DNA from: Solirubrobacterales bacterium
Lineage (GTDB): Bacteria; Actinomycetota; Thermoleophilia; Solirubrobacterales; Solirubrobacteraceae
Direction of reading: 5' to 3'
DNA: 64,000 bases
Assembly: GCA_019244395.1 (NCBI GenBank)
Contig: JAFASQ010000019.1
Location: 1,118-65,117 of the forward strand
The notes under the pieces were generated by a model. That model was not told the origin of the DNA. It made no database searches and saw nothing but the letters and a program-made list of their open reading frames with translations. Shown here piece after piece: positions 9,664 to 20,611 of the stretch. Positions within the stretch are counted from its first letter, which is position 1, and every line of letters begins with the position of its first letter. Both the position numbers and the translations under genes were made by a program.

Positions 9664-10509
9664 ATGAGCACAGATCGCACCGTCGACGCCGTCACCAAGG
9701 TGGTCCCCGCCGAGGCCGCCGATTGGCCGCTGGTCCTGGACGGCGAGCTGATGCGCGCCGGCGAGGCGATGATTCCGGCGGGCGACGACGGGCTGATCCG
9801 CGGCGATGGGGCCTTCGATGCGTTTCCGGTACGTGACGGGCATCCGTTCGCCCGCGCGGCCCACCTCGACCGGCTCGAGCGCTCCTGCCGGGCGTTGGCA
9901 CTCGCGTGCCCGCGCGAGCAACTCGAGTCCGACATCGACCTCCTCCTCACCCAGGCGCCTCCCGGCTATACCGTCGTACGCGTGGTCCTCACCCGCGGCG
10001 GCCACCGGATCTCTCGCCTGGAGTCGGCGGGGGATCTCGAGGCGCTGACCAAGCCGGCGCGGCTGCTGCCGGTCACCTACGACCCCTCGGTACTGCTCAA
10101 CGGCGTCAAGTCGCTCTCCTACGCGGCGAACATGCAGGCTTCGCGGCAAGCCCTCGCCGCGGGCTACGACGAGGCGCTGCTGGTCCGCTCGGATCGCGTC
10201 GTGCTCGAGGGGCCGACGTGCTCGATCTTCTGGGTGCGGGCCGGCCGCCTTCAGACGCCGGGGCTCGAGACGGGGATCCTGGCCTCGATCACCCGACGGG
10301 TGATCATGGCGGCGATGCCGGCCGAGGAAGGGAGCTTCCCGCTTGAGGATGCCGTGCGAGCCGAGGAGGCCTTCCTGGTCTCGACAGCGCGGTTGGCGCA
10401 GCCGATCGCGGCGATCGGTGACGTGGTCCTGCCGGCTGCGCCGGGGCCGCAGACGCTACGCGCGCAGGAAACGATCGAGCGCGCGATGGCCGAGGAGACG
10501 ATCGCCTGA
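9664..10509 (+). CDS. Class IV PLP aminotransferase (D-amino acid / branched-chain / ADC lyase family)
   Basis: DDGLIRGDGAFD, HLDRLERS, VKSLSY (PLP lysine), DEALLV, LEGPTCSIF, GILASITR. Confidence 0.9.
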   Translation: MSTDRTVDAVTKVVPAEAADWPLVLDGELMRAGEAMIPAGDDGLIRGDGAFDAFPVRDGHPFARAAHLDRLERSCRALALACPREQLESDIDLLLTQAPPGYTVVRVVLTRGGHRISRLESAGDLEALTKPARLLPVTYDPSVLLNGVKSLSYAANMQASRQALAAGYDEALLVRSDRVVLEGPTCSIFWVRAGRLQTPGLETGILASITRRVIMAAMPAEEGSFPLEDAVRAEEAFLVSTARLAQPIAAIGDVVLPAAPGPQTLRAQETIERAMAEETIA

Positions 10510-10521
10510 CCGCTGGTTCTC

Positions 10522-11649
10522 ATGCGCGCGCGTGACCACGGCATCGTGATCGGCGACGGCACGCCGGGCCCCTCGAACGCAATCACCGATGTGGCCGGGG
10601 TGCGGGTCGGGCACCGGACGCTGATCGAGGGCTCGGGCCCGCTCGTCGTGGGACGCGGCCCGGTCAGGACTGGCGTAACCGTGATCCTGCCACCGGGCAA
10701 TGTATGGGAAGCGCCGGTGTTCGCCGGGCCCCACCGGCTGAACGGCAACGGCGAGATGACCGGCCTGGAATGGGTGCGCGAGTCCGGGATGCTGACCACC
10801 CCGGTCGCGCTCACCAACACCCACAGCGTCGGCGTGGTGCGCGACGCGCTGCTGGCGGAGGTGCTGGCGGCTGACCCCGCCCGAGGATCGGAGTGGTCGC
10901 TGCCCGTGGTGGCCGAGACCTGGGACGGCATGTTGAACGATTTGAACGGCTTTCACGTCCGCCCCGAGCATGTGCACGACGCGTTTGCCGCCGCGGCGGC
11001 AGGCGCGGTCGCGGAGGGCGCGGTGGGCGCCGGCACCGGGATGATCGCCCACGGGTTCAAGGGCGGGATCGGCACCGCCTCGCGCGTGCGGCCCGAGTCC
11101 GAGGGCGGCCACACAGTGGGGGTGCTGGTGCTCGCCAACCACGGACAGCGCCGACGCTTCGCGGTCAACGGCGTCCTGGTCGGCCACGTGCTCGACGAAA
11201 TCCCGCTTCCCGGCGCGCCGGACGTCCCGGGCGACACGACCCGCGCCGGCGCCCCGGCCGGCGCCGGCTCGATCATCGTGATCGTCGCCACCGACGCGCC
11301 GCTGCTGCCCCATCAGTGCACGCGCCTGGCCCAGCGGGCCGGCCTCGGTGTCGCGCGGGTGGGAGGGATCGGCGAGCACACGAGCGGCGACCTGTTCCTG
11401 TGCTTCGCCACGGGCAATCGCGGCATGACGTCGGGCACTATCGACGAGGAGGCGCCACACACCTTTCCGCTCGAGATGTTCGCCGACGCCTACATCGACG
11501 GGCTGTTTGAGGCCGTCGTCGAGGCCACCGAGGAAGCGATCGTCAACGCGGTGATTGCGGCGAAGACAACCGAGGGTCGCGACGGGATCGTGGCGCACGG
11601 CTTGCCCGGAGAGCGGCTCGCGCGCGCGCTGGCGGAAGCGACGCGCTGA
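10522..11649 (+). CDS. DmpA-like L-aminopeptidase/D-esterase (peptidase S58/P1, Ntn-type)
   Basis: NAITDVAGVRVGH, RTGVTVI, NGNGEMTG, EGAVGAGTGM, GFKGGIGTASR, autoprocessing GSIIVIVATDAPL, SGDLFLCF. Confidence 0.9.
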   Translation: MRARDHGIVIGDGTPGPSNAITDVAGVRVGHRTLIEGSGPLVVGRGPVRTGVTVILPPGNVWEAPVFAGPHRLNGNGEMTGLEWVRESGMLTTPVALTNTHSVGVVRDALLAEVLAADPARGSEWSLPVVAETWDGMLNDLNGFHVRPEHVHDAFAAAAAGAVAEGAVGAGTGMIAHGFKGGIGTASRVRPESEGGHTVGVLVLANHGQRRRFAVNGVLVGHVLDEIPLPGAPDVPGDTTRAGAPAGAGSIIVIVATDAPLLPHQCTRLAQRAGLGVARVGGIGEHTSGDLFLCFATGNRGMTSGTIDEEAPHTFPLEMFADAYIDGLFEAVVEATEEAIVNAVIAAKTTEGRDGIVAHGLPGERLARALAEATR

Positions 11650-11707
11650 GGGCGCCTCCGTGAGCCCAAGGCGGGCGGGCCGCGACGCGCCGAGCCTATA
11701 GTGCTGA

Positions 11708-13720
<2,013 letters not shown>

Positions 13721-13743
13721 CTCGCGCTCGTCCGGGCTCTCAG

Positions 13744-14260
13744 TCACTCGTCCTCAGGCGCGGTGTCGGTGTTTGGGCGTGAATTCTCCTCGCCGAGCAG
13801 GGCCTGAAACTCGGCGTCCCAATCGACGAACGCGAGGAGCCTCTTGAGCGTCGCCAGCTCCTCCTCGATGACGAGAAGCAGGGGATGCAGGGTTCGGACT
13901 CGGGGGCGCCGGTAGCTCGCTTTGCATCGGAACCTTGTGAATGGTGAGGCGGAGGTCGGCGACGGTCAGCTCGCTGGACTCGAGCGCGCGCAAAACCTGT
14001 TGGTAGACGTTCGCGATCGCCTCGGAGCCTTCGCTGCGAACCGGGACGACGTTGTCGATGCCCCACCGGTCGCGCCGGTAGGCCTCGAACGTACTATGGG
14101 TGCCGCGGTAAAGCTGCGCATCGCGGATCGCGGCCAACGCTTCGCCCACCTCCGTGTCGGAACGCAGACCGGCCTGTGCGACGGTCTCCAGTCGATGCAG
14201 GACCTCGATCTCGCTGTTGTTGAGGGTGTTGTCTGGGCCGGGGTTACGCATATCGTGCAC
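13744..14260 (-). pseudogene. Degenerate phage/ICE-type protein fragment with probable frameshift
   Basis: VGEALAAIRDAQLYRGTHSTFEAYRRDRWG resembles a motif common in mobile-element proteins; the annotated frame turns Pro/Arg-rich while another frame gives a protein-like tail LHPLLLVIEEELATLKRLLAFVDWDAEFQALLGE ending at 13744. Confidence 0.5.
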
Positions 14261-14404
14261 TCGTTTGGTCTGCCCGGCGCCGCGGTGGGGACGACGGAGT
14301 TCGGTTTTGTCTTCCGCACTACCTATGCCGGGGGTAACCCGTCGGTTACGGCGCTGGAGCCGACCTTTACGGAACTCATAAAGTCCACCGTCGGCGGTCG
14401 GCCG

Positions 14405-14731
14405 TCACCAGCAGTCTGCCTGCGCAGTGGCGCCCCGCGTTTGCCGATCCTGGCGGATCACCCGGCGTCGGCGCGCGCCGGCGGCTCGGTCCTCGTCGAC
14501 GGCGCCAAGCTCGAGGGCACGTTCGCGCCCCTTACGCGTGAGGTCATAGTGGTCATTCTCGGGGCGTCCGGGCTTTGCCTGGAACCACTCGCGGCGCAAA
14601 CCAATCCGGCCGGCGAACTCATGGAGTTCCTCCGGCGTGTCCGCCTGCAGGTGCCCGCCGCCGGTCCATCGTCCCCAATTGCCGACCGCGAAGGCGTTAT
14701 CGACGTAAACGGCCAAGGCCGGTGCCCTCAC
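14405..14731 (-). CDS. DUF4031-like small protein
   Basis: AVYVD...HLQADTPEELHEFAGRIGLRREWFQ...HYDLT...RALELGA; true start may be TTG 14716. Confidence 0.8.
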   Translation of the reverse strand: MRAPALAVYVDNAFAVGNWGRWTGGGHLQADTPEELHEFAGRIGLRREWFQAKPGRPENDHYDLTRKGRERALELGAVDEDRAAGARRRRVIRQDRQTRGATAQADCW

Positions 14732-14828
14732 GCACGCGGCAACCCAGCTACGACGAAGTTCATCATCGCCGCGACGGCGTGGCCTGCGCTGGCGCGCAAA
14801 TCACGCGCGCGAAATGCGCGAAGCCCTT

Positions 14829-15218
14829 CTAACCGGCCGGATGCCAGCCCTGGCCGTCCCGCTTTACCTGTCCCTCTGACGCCAGCCTCGGCAGCACTCG
14901 ATAGAGGTAGTTGGGCTGAATCTTCATCGCCTTCGCGAGTTCGGGAATGGTCAGACCCGGTCGCTCACGCACCAGCTCGAGTGTTTGGACCGCACGTGCG
15001 TTACCGCCGCGACGCGGAGCGCGCGTTCGCGCCCGACCGGTGGTCCGGCGAGCGGCGCGGGTGCGGGTCGAGCGGGTGGCGGTCGCCCGGGGACGCCCGC
15101 GACGGCGTCGAGGAGCGGTAAGAGCGGAGCGCGCGGCCTCGAGACGAGACACCTCATCACGCAGCTCGCGCAGCCGGCCGTCAATGTCCCGAACTGCACC
15201 GTCAACGAATTCAGGCAC
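14829..15218 (-). CDS. Small basic DNA-binding protein: coiled coil + RGRP-containing basic linker + winged helix
   Basis: IDGRLRELRDEVSRLEAARSAL heptads; RRRRGRPR; LELVRERPGLTIPELAKAMKIQPNYLYRVLPRLASEGQVKRDGQGW; GGAGG RBS. Confidence 0.8.
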   Translation of the reverse strand: MPEFVDGAVRDIDGRLRELRDEVSRLEAARSALTAPRRRRGRPRATATRSTRTRAARRTTGRARTRAPRRGGNARAVQTLELVRERPGLTIPELAKAMKIQPNYLYRVLPRLASEGQVKRDGQGWHPAG

Positions 15219-15353
15219 CGATGCCTCCTGTCATTTCGACCGACAGATCGTTCAGTAACGATACATGGGTGCTTCGCTGCACAAGCGTGAAACGAACACT
15301 CTGCACGATTGGTTGCGAAACCGGCAGACGCGTTTCACGTGACGGCGATACGC

Positions 15354-16385
15354 CTATTTGGGTGAACCGTTTCGCTGCGAGCGGTGATTGCCGCTGTCGC
15401 CTCGTCCCCGCCGCCCGTCGGGAGGTGTCGTGGTCGCATCGAGGAACACCTCGGTGACATCCGGCACGACGTCGCGCATCCGGCGATCGATTTGCTCGGA
15501 GGCGCGCTCCACTTGTTCGTCCTCGAGTCCAGCCGCGAAGTCGACGCGGGCAGCGACGAGCAGCGAGTTTGGGCCGAGCACCATCGTGAGCAGCTCGAGT
15601 ACGTTGTCGACCTCGTCGAACTCCTCGAGCGTGCGCTCCAGCGCCTCGCGTTCGGCCGGCCGCGCCGCCGCGCCGATCAGCAGCTCCGACGTGTCGTGCG
15701 CCATCCACCCGGCTACACCGACCAGCAGCAGTCCGACTCCGATCGAGGCCGCCGGGTCAAACACGCTCGCGCCCGAGAGCTGATCGGCGAGGATCCCCGC
15801 GAACGCGATGGCGAGTCCGGCGAGCGCGGCAGTGTCCTCGAACAGGACCATCTTGACGTTCGGGTCACGGGTCTCGCGAACGTAGCGCAGCAGCGGCAGA
15901 TTGGCCTGCGCCGCCTCTCCCCGCGTCTGCCGCACCGCCCGCACCCACGACAGACCCTCGGCCACGAGCGCGATCGCGAGCGTGGCATACGCCACCAGGT
16001 AGCCCGTCGAGGACTCACCCACGGTCAGCTGGTAGGTGCCGTAGCCGATGGCGAAGATGGCGCCGGCCAGGAACATCGCGATGGCCGCGATGAACGTCCA
16101 CAGGAAGCGCATCCGCCCATATCCGAAAGGCTGCGCCGGCGTCGGCTCGCGCGAGGCGAGCTTGATCGAGACCAGGAGGAACATCTGGTTGGCCGTGTCG
16201 GCCATCGAATGGGCCGCCTCGGCCAGCATCGCGGCGGATCCACTCATCAGTCCACCGGCCAGCTTCGTCATCGTCACGAGCGCATTCGCGGCCAGCGCGA
16301 TGCGCACGGTGCGGCGGCTGGCCTGGGCGGTCCGCTGTGATCGGACCACGCTGCGCCGGCTCGTCCAGGGGTTGCTGTTTGTCAC
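15354..16385 (-). CDS. Cation diffusion facilitator (CDF) family transporter
   Basis: GSAAMLAEAAHSMADTANQ, PFGYGR, VLFEDTAAL, DPAASIGVG, C-terminal LTMVLGP...RVDF. Confidence 0.92.
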   Translation of the reverse strand: MTNSNPWTSRRSVVRSQRTAQASRRTVRIALAANALVTMTKLAGGLMSGSAAMLAEAAHSMADTANQMFLLVSIKLASREPTPAQPFGYGRMRFLWTFIAAIAMFLAGAIFAIGYGTYQLTVGESSTGYLVAYATLAIALVAEGLSWVRAVRQTRGEAAQANLPLLRYVRETRDPNVKMVLFEDTAALAGLAIAFAGILADQLSGASVFDPAASIGVGLLLVGVAGWMAHDTSELLIGAAARPAEREALERTLEEFDEVDNVLELLTMVLGPNSLLVAARVDFAAGLEDEQVERASEQIDRRMRDVVPDVTEVFLDATTTPPDGRRGRGDSGNHRSQRNGSPK

Positions 16386-16446
16386 GTTCCCGACCTACCC
16401 AAGAACACCGGCGGGCAACACGCGGGCGGCGAGGCGCCCGCGGCGG

Positions 16447-16533
16447 GTCCTCAGGCTCGCTGCGGCGCCGCGGCGCGGCGCGTCCTCAGGCTCGCTGGGG
16501 CGCCGCTGGGCGTCGCGTCCTCAGCGCTCGCCG
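16447..16533. repeat. Three 35-bp-period direct repeats
   Basis: GTCCTCAGGCTCGCTG at 16447 and 16482, variant GTCCTCAGCGCTCGCCG at 16517. Confidence 0.7.
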
Positions 16534-16857
16534 ACGGTGTTCAGGCGGTCCGCCACGCGACCCGCGCCGGCGTGGATCTCGTCGTGCCGGGTCACGCGAA
16601 GGACCATGGTGTATCAGGGGCGGGGAGTCCCGCTCTAACCAGACGTAGCGCGCGCGACCCGGATAAGTTGGGGGGCAACCGTCGGGGGACGCGCGCGCTA
16701 CGGCCGGCGCGTGATCACCCGACCCAGAGCAGGCCGGCGGCGCGACATCGCCTGGATGTCGAGCGGTCCGCCGCCGGCTGCGCTGGGCCGGCCGCCGCCA
16801 CCTCGGGCTGGCCCCTGCCACCTGCCACGCCCGGAGGGGCACCCGCTCCGCACCGCT

Positions 16858-16900
16858 GGTGAGCGAATGGTGAGCGAACGGTGACCGGCCGGTGAGCGCT
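16858..16900 (+). promoter_or_regulatory. Four phased 11-bp direct repeats upstream of the ECF sigma gene
   Basis: GGTGAGCGAA (16858), GGTGAGCGAA (16869), GGTGACCGGC (16880), GGTGAGCGCT (16891). Confidence 0.65.
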
Positions 16901-16943
16901 CCGGCGGATCCTGCCTCGGTCAGCGACCACCGGAGCACACACC

Positions 16944-17561
16944 ATGACCGCCACACTCAGCCCGCACCCAGCTCCGCGCAAAGCGCAGCGTCGCCTTTCC
17001 GCTGAGCGCGTGACCGAGCTCGTCGACCTGGCCGCGGCCAGCGACCAGCAGGCCTGGAACTCGCTCGTCGCAGCATTCGGACCCATGATCTGGGCGATCG
17101 CTCGGGCGCATCGCCTCGGTGACGCCGACGCGGCCGATGTCTCGCAGGCGACCTGGCTCGCGCTGTTCGAGCACCTGGGCAGACTGAACGATCCGGCCCG
17201 CGTGGGCGCCTGGCTCGCGACCACCGCGCGCCGCGAGTGTCTGCGCATCCTGCGCGACAAGGAGCGGCGCGTCCCGGTCGGCGACGAGTTCCCGGAGCAC
17301 GAGTCGCATGACCCGCTCCCGGGCGAGCAGCTACTGCTCTCCGAGCGCGACGCCGCGCTCTGGCACAGCTTCGCGAAGCTGCGGGCCAGCGATCAGGCAT
17401 TGCTCCGCCTGCTCACGGCCGACCCGGCTCCGGCCTACGAGGAGATATCGGCAGCTCTCGATATGCCGATCGGAAGCATCGGTCCGACCCGGCAGCGCGC
17501 CCTTGCGCGGCTGCGAGAGCAACTCGGCAGCGCGCGAGCGCTCACCCTGATGATCGACTAA
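16944..17561 (+). CDS. ECF (sigma-70 group 4) RNA polymerase sigma factor
   Basis: DAADVSQATW region 2, AWLATTARRECLR, region 4 YEEISAALDMPIGSIGPTRQRALARLR. Confidence 0.92.
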   Translation: MTATLSPHPAPRKAQRRLSAERVTELVDLAAASDQQAWNSLVAAFGPMIWAIARAHRLGDADAADVSQATWLALFEHLGRLNDPARVGAWLATTARRECLRILRDKERRVPVGDEFPEHESHDPLPGEQLLLSERDAALWHSFAKLRASDQALLRLLTADPAPAYEEISAALDMPIGSIGPTRQRALARLREQLGSARALTLMID

Positions 17562-17575
17562 CGGAGGTCCCACCA

Positions 17576-17848
17576 ATGCTCGAGCACACCGACACCGAAA
17601 TCGCGACGATCGGAGTTCGCCTAATCGACGACGCGTACGTCGCGTGGTTCAACGCCGAGAGCGAGTGCGAGACCAGGCTCCGATCCTGGTTCCAGGCCAC
17701 CGGCGAGGGGCGCGAGATCGCCTACGTCAGCTATCGAGCGGCGCTCGACCGCGAGGAGGCCTCGGCGCGTGACCTGGCGCGTCTGTGGCGATTGGCCGAG
17801 CCGTGCCGCGCCGCCGTGGCGAAGCAAGCGGAGAGCGTGCCCGAATGA
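17576..17848 (+). CDS. Small helical hypothetical protein
   Basis: GGAGGT RBS; DAYVAWFNAESEC...AYVSYRAALDREEASA; coupled to the next ORF by ATGA. Confidence 0.7.
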   Translation: MLEHTDTEIATIGVRLIDDAYVAWFNAESECETRLRSWFQATGEGREIAYVSYRAALDREEASARDLARLWRLAEPCRAAVAKQAESVPE

Positions 17849-18048
17849 CTGCTTGCGGCCATACCCGTCACGTTGGCACCTGTCCCGAGTGCCAGCGAGC
17901 TCAGCTGGCGCGTTGGCGTTCCCAGCTCCAACAAGCGACAGAGAGCGCCCGCGTATCAGGCCGGTTGCTCGACGCCTCTCACAGTCGGTGGATCCAGGTC
18001 GATTTGATCCAACGGCAGCCGTCCTCGACGCTGACGACGATCTTCTGA
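17845..18048 (+). CDS. Small Cys/His protein with an H-x3-C-x2-C motif
   Basis: ATG 17845 overlaps the upstream TGA; MTACGHTRHVGTCPECQRAQLARWRSQL. Confidence 0.55.
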   Translation: MTACGHTRHVGTCPECQRAQLARWRSQLQQATESARVSGRLLDASHSRWIQVDLIQRQPSSTLTTIF

Positions 18049-18145
18049 TCGCGGGTTTCGCGGCAATTGCCGCAGTGGTGGACCCGGTCCCGGCAGCCGT
18101 TCAGGAGGAGGCCCGCCGGGTGTTCGCGTCGCGTGTCGCGCCGCC

Positions 18146-20611
18146 CTACAGGCCGCTCTTGATAGCGGCCTGCTCCGGCCCCGTCGGCCTGGCGCCGCCG
18201 GCGCAAACGCCCGTGTCCACCGGCGGTGGTTTGCCAGGCTTTGCCGTCTGGTCGGCAGCCAGGCGACCGTTCTCGGCTTGCCATAGGGGCGAGCGAGGGC
18301 CGGCCACCTCGTAGTTGGCGTCGATCGCGCGCTGGATCGAGCCTTCATTCAGCCTGGCCGCGCCGATCTCGCTCGGTGTGGCAATTCCGAAGTGGCCCGG
18401 CCAGCAGGCCCATGGCGTCTTGGCGATGTCGACCAGCGGCGTGCTCGCCGCGCGGAAGGCAAAGCGGCCCGAGCCGCATACCACCCAGTCCGCGACCCGG
18501 CCGCGGATGACGCCGAGGGCCGGGGCGTAGCGCAGGCTCTCGCGGCAGTGGGCGTCGTAGGTGGGATGGCCGCCGAGCGCGGCCTGCACGATCGGGTGTG
18601 CGCCGTCGAAGGTGAGCAAGGGGCTGTCCCACGCGTAGTACTCGCCCTCGCTCGAGTGGCGGGCGGTGTACAGCCACAGAGGCTGCTTGGTCTTGGCATC
18701 GAGCAGGACCGTGACGTGTTCCCAGTCACCCTGGTGCAGGTCCGTGTTGACGAGGTCGCCCGCCACCGGCGCGTCGTTCATCAGGCTCGCATCGAACACC
18801 GTCGGGTAGTAGTTGTACGGGTAGAAGAACCAGTACTGGAGCGCGATCAGCTTCCCCTTGATCGCGGTATCCGGGGCGGGCCAGGTCGCGGGATTCGTGT
18901 TCGCCGCGTAGTAGAAATACACCTCGGCAGTGCGCCAGGGATCCAGCTGTCCGGGGTCGGCCAGGCGCTGGCGCAGCGTCGGGAGCCCGCCCAGGCGAGC
19001 CTGCTGGCCGCGGAGGAAGGCCGCGAGCTGGCCTTCCGGGTCCGCGTCCAACGGGGGCGAGACCGGATACCTGAGGAAATCATCCGGGCCGCTACCGGCG
19101 GCGGCAAGTTGGTCCATCGTCGGTGCCGCGCGTGGCTGCTTCGCCGGGCACGACATGGCGGGCAAATGCTGTAAGCAGGTGAGCTGACCGCCGGCACCGC
19201 GATCGGCAAGCAGCGCACCCACTGACACGGGCCAGAACGGATCTGCCACGGTCACGAGGACGGTCGGCTGGTAGCGGCGGGCGAGCGCCGCGATCCGGGG
19301 GCTGGTCTGCTCGATCGGGCGCTCGCCGTCCACGGCCTGACCGCCCGGCGGCCCCGGACCCGCGACCACGCCTTGGCCGAGTTGCGGCGCGGAATACCCG
19401 GCGCTTGGCGTCGGCAGCGGATCGCCGGCGCAGGTGGGCCGGATCGCGCGCACCTCTGGTCTGATCCAGGCCGGCGTGCTCGATTCGACGCCCAAGGCAT
19501 GCAGGAGAACCGTCGGCAGCGAAGGGCGGAGGCCCGAGTCGACCACGAACGGCGTGGTCGTGGTCGCCATCGCTTTCACGGCGGCGGCCGGGATGACCGA
19601 CACCTGCTCGTTCTGGGACGTCGCGTCGGCGAGCGGGGTGCAGGTGACCAAGTAGACGCCCGCGCTGGTTCGCGCCACATAGCCACCCACGCGTACGCCG
19701 GTCGGGGTCGTGACCGTCGTCTGGGAGAAGCTCACCGGAGGCAGGCCGTAGTACGCGATCCCCACCAGCGCGTATACGGTGAGCAGCAGCCAGGGCATCG
19801 GTGAGAGCACGAAGGCCAGGTGGCGCGGGTGCCCGCTCGCCAGCGCGCCCTGGCCGCGCCGGCTCCGGAACTTGCCGTACGCCCGGCCGCCCGAGGCGAT
19901 CCCCGCCCAGGTCAGCAGCAGCACCCCGACCGGAGCCGAGGAGACCAGCGCGACGACGACCACGACAACCCAGAGCACCGCGTGGAGAAAGCGGCTGCCC
20001 CACAGCGGTCCCAGCCAGGCCAGAAGTCCCGACAGGATGACCGTGGTAAGCGCCCAAGGGGCGAGCAGGTCCCACCACGGACCGGGTGGCCACGCCTGGT
20101 CGATCGGCGTCTTCAGCACGCGGGCCGCGGCGAGGCCAAACGTCGCCGAGATCACGCCGACGTTGAAGCCGGCGATCACCCTGACGAAGCGGTCGCCCAC
20201 CGGAGCCTCAAAGTCGGCGTGCGGCCGGAAGCCACGCTTATGCCGTCGGGCGGCGTCGGGGCGACCGTGCTTGATCACGCTGTGCCACTCCGGAGCGCGT
20301 TGGCGCCACGTCCGGGCGTGGATGGCGTAAGCGACCACGCACATCGCGGTGAACACGATCGCCATCACGATGACCAGGCGAAGCCCGGACAGGAACACCA
20401 CGTTGTGATCGACGGCCGGCAGCGAAGCGTCAACCGGCACGCGCGCCGCCGATAGGCGCACCCACGTGATCACCCAGCCGATGACGTAGATGTACGCCGC
20501 CGCCGCGAGGAGGGCGAGGAGCAGCTCGACGATCTCGAGCCAGTCCGCCCGACGGTCACCTACGTCAATCCCGCCCGCCGTCGAAGCAGGCGCAGGATCT
20601 GGCGTGGTCAT
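18146..20611 (-). CDS. Multi-pass membrane protein with a C-terminal Vps62/DUF946-like (NPP1-related) domain
   Basis: About 7-8 hydrophobic helices in the N-terminal 300 aa; C-terminal QYWFFYPYN...HQGDWEHVTVLL...TARHSSEG...HPIVQAALGGHPTY. Confidence 0.7.
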   Translation of the reverse strand: MTTPDPAPASTAGGIDVGDRRADWLEIVELLLALLAAAAYIYVIGWVITWVRLSAARVPVDASLPAVDHNVVFLSGLRLVIVMAIVFTAMCVVAYAIHARTWRQRAPEWHSVIKHGRPDAARRHKRGFRPHADFEAPVGDRFVRVIAGFNVGVISATFGLAAARVLKTPIDQAWPPGPWWDLLAPWALTTVILSGLLAWLGPLWGSRFLHAVLWVVVVVVALVSSAPVGVLLLTWAGIASGGRAYGKFRSRRGQGALASGHPRHLAFVLSPMPWLLLTVYALVGIAYYGLPPVSFSQTTVTTPTGVRVGGYVARTSAGVYLVTCTPLADATSQNEQVSVIPAAAVKAMATTTTPFVVDSGLRPSLPTVLLHALGVESSTPAWIRPEVRAIRPTCAGDPLPTPSAGYSAPQLGQGVVAGPGPPGGQAVDGERPIEQTSPRIAALARRYQPTVLVTVADPFWPVSVGALLADRGAGGQLTCLQHLPAMSCPAKQPRAAPTMDQLAAAGSGPDDFLRYPVSPPLDADPEGQLAAFLRGQQARLGGLPTLRQRLADPGQLDPWRTAEVYFYYAANTNPATWPAPDTAIKGKLIALQYWFFYPYNYYPTVFDASLMNDAPVAGDLVNTDLHQGDWEHVTVLLDAKTKQPLWLYTARHSSEGEYYAWDSPLLTFDGAHPIVQAALGGHPTYDAHCRESLRYAPALGVIRGRVADWVVCGSGRFAFRAASTPLVDIAKTPWACWPGHFGIATPSEIGAARLNEGSIQRAIDANYEVAGPRSPLWQAENGRLAADQTAKPGKPPPVDTGVCAGGARPTGPEQAAIKSGL

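Noticed and set aside
16447-16533. Mini-CRISPR interpretation of the 35-bp-period repeats
   Set aside because: Conserved part is only about 16 bp and the intervening sequences resemble each other
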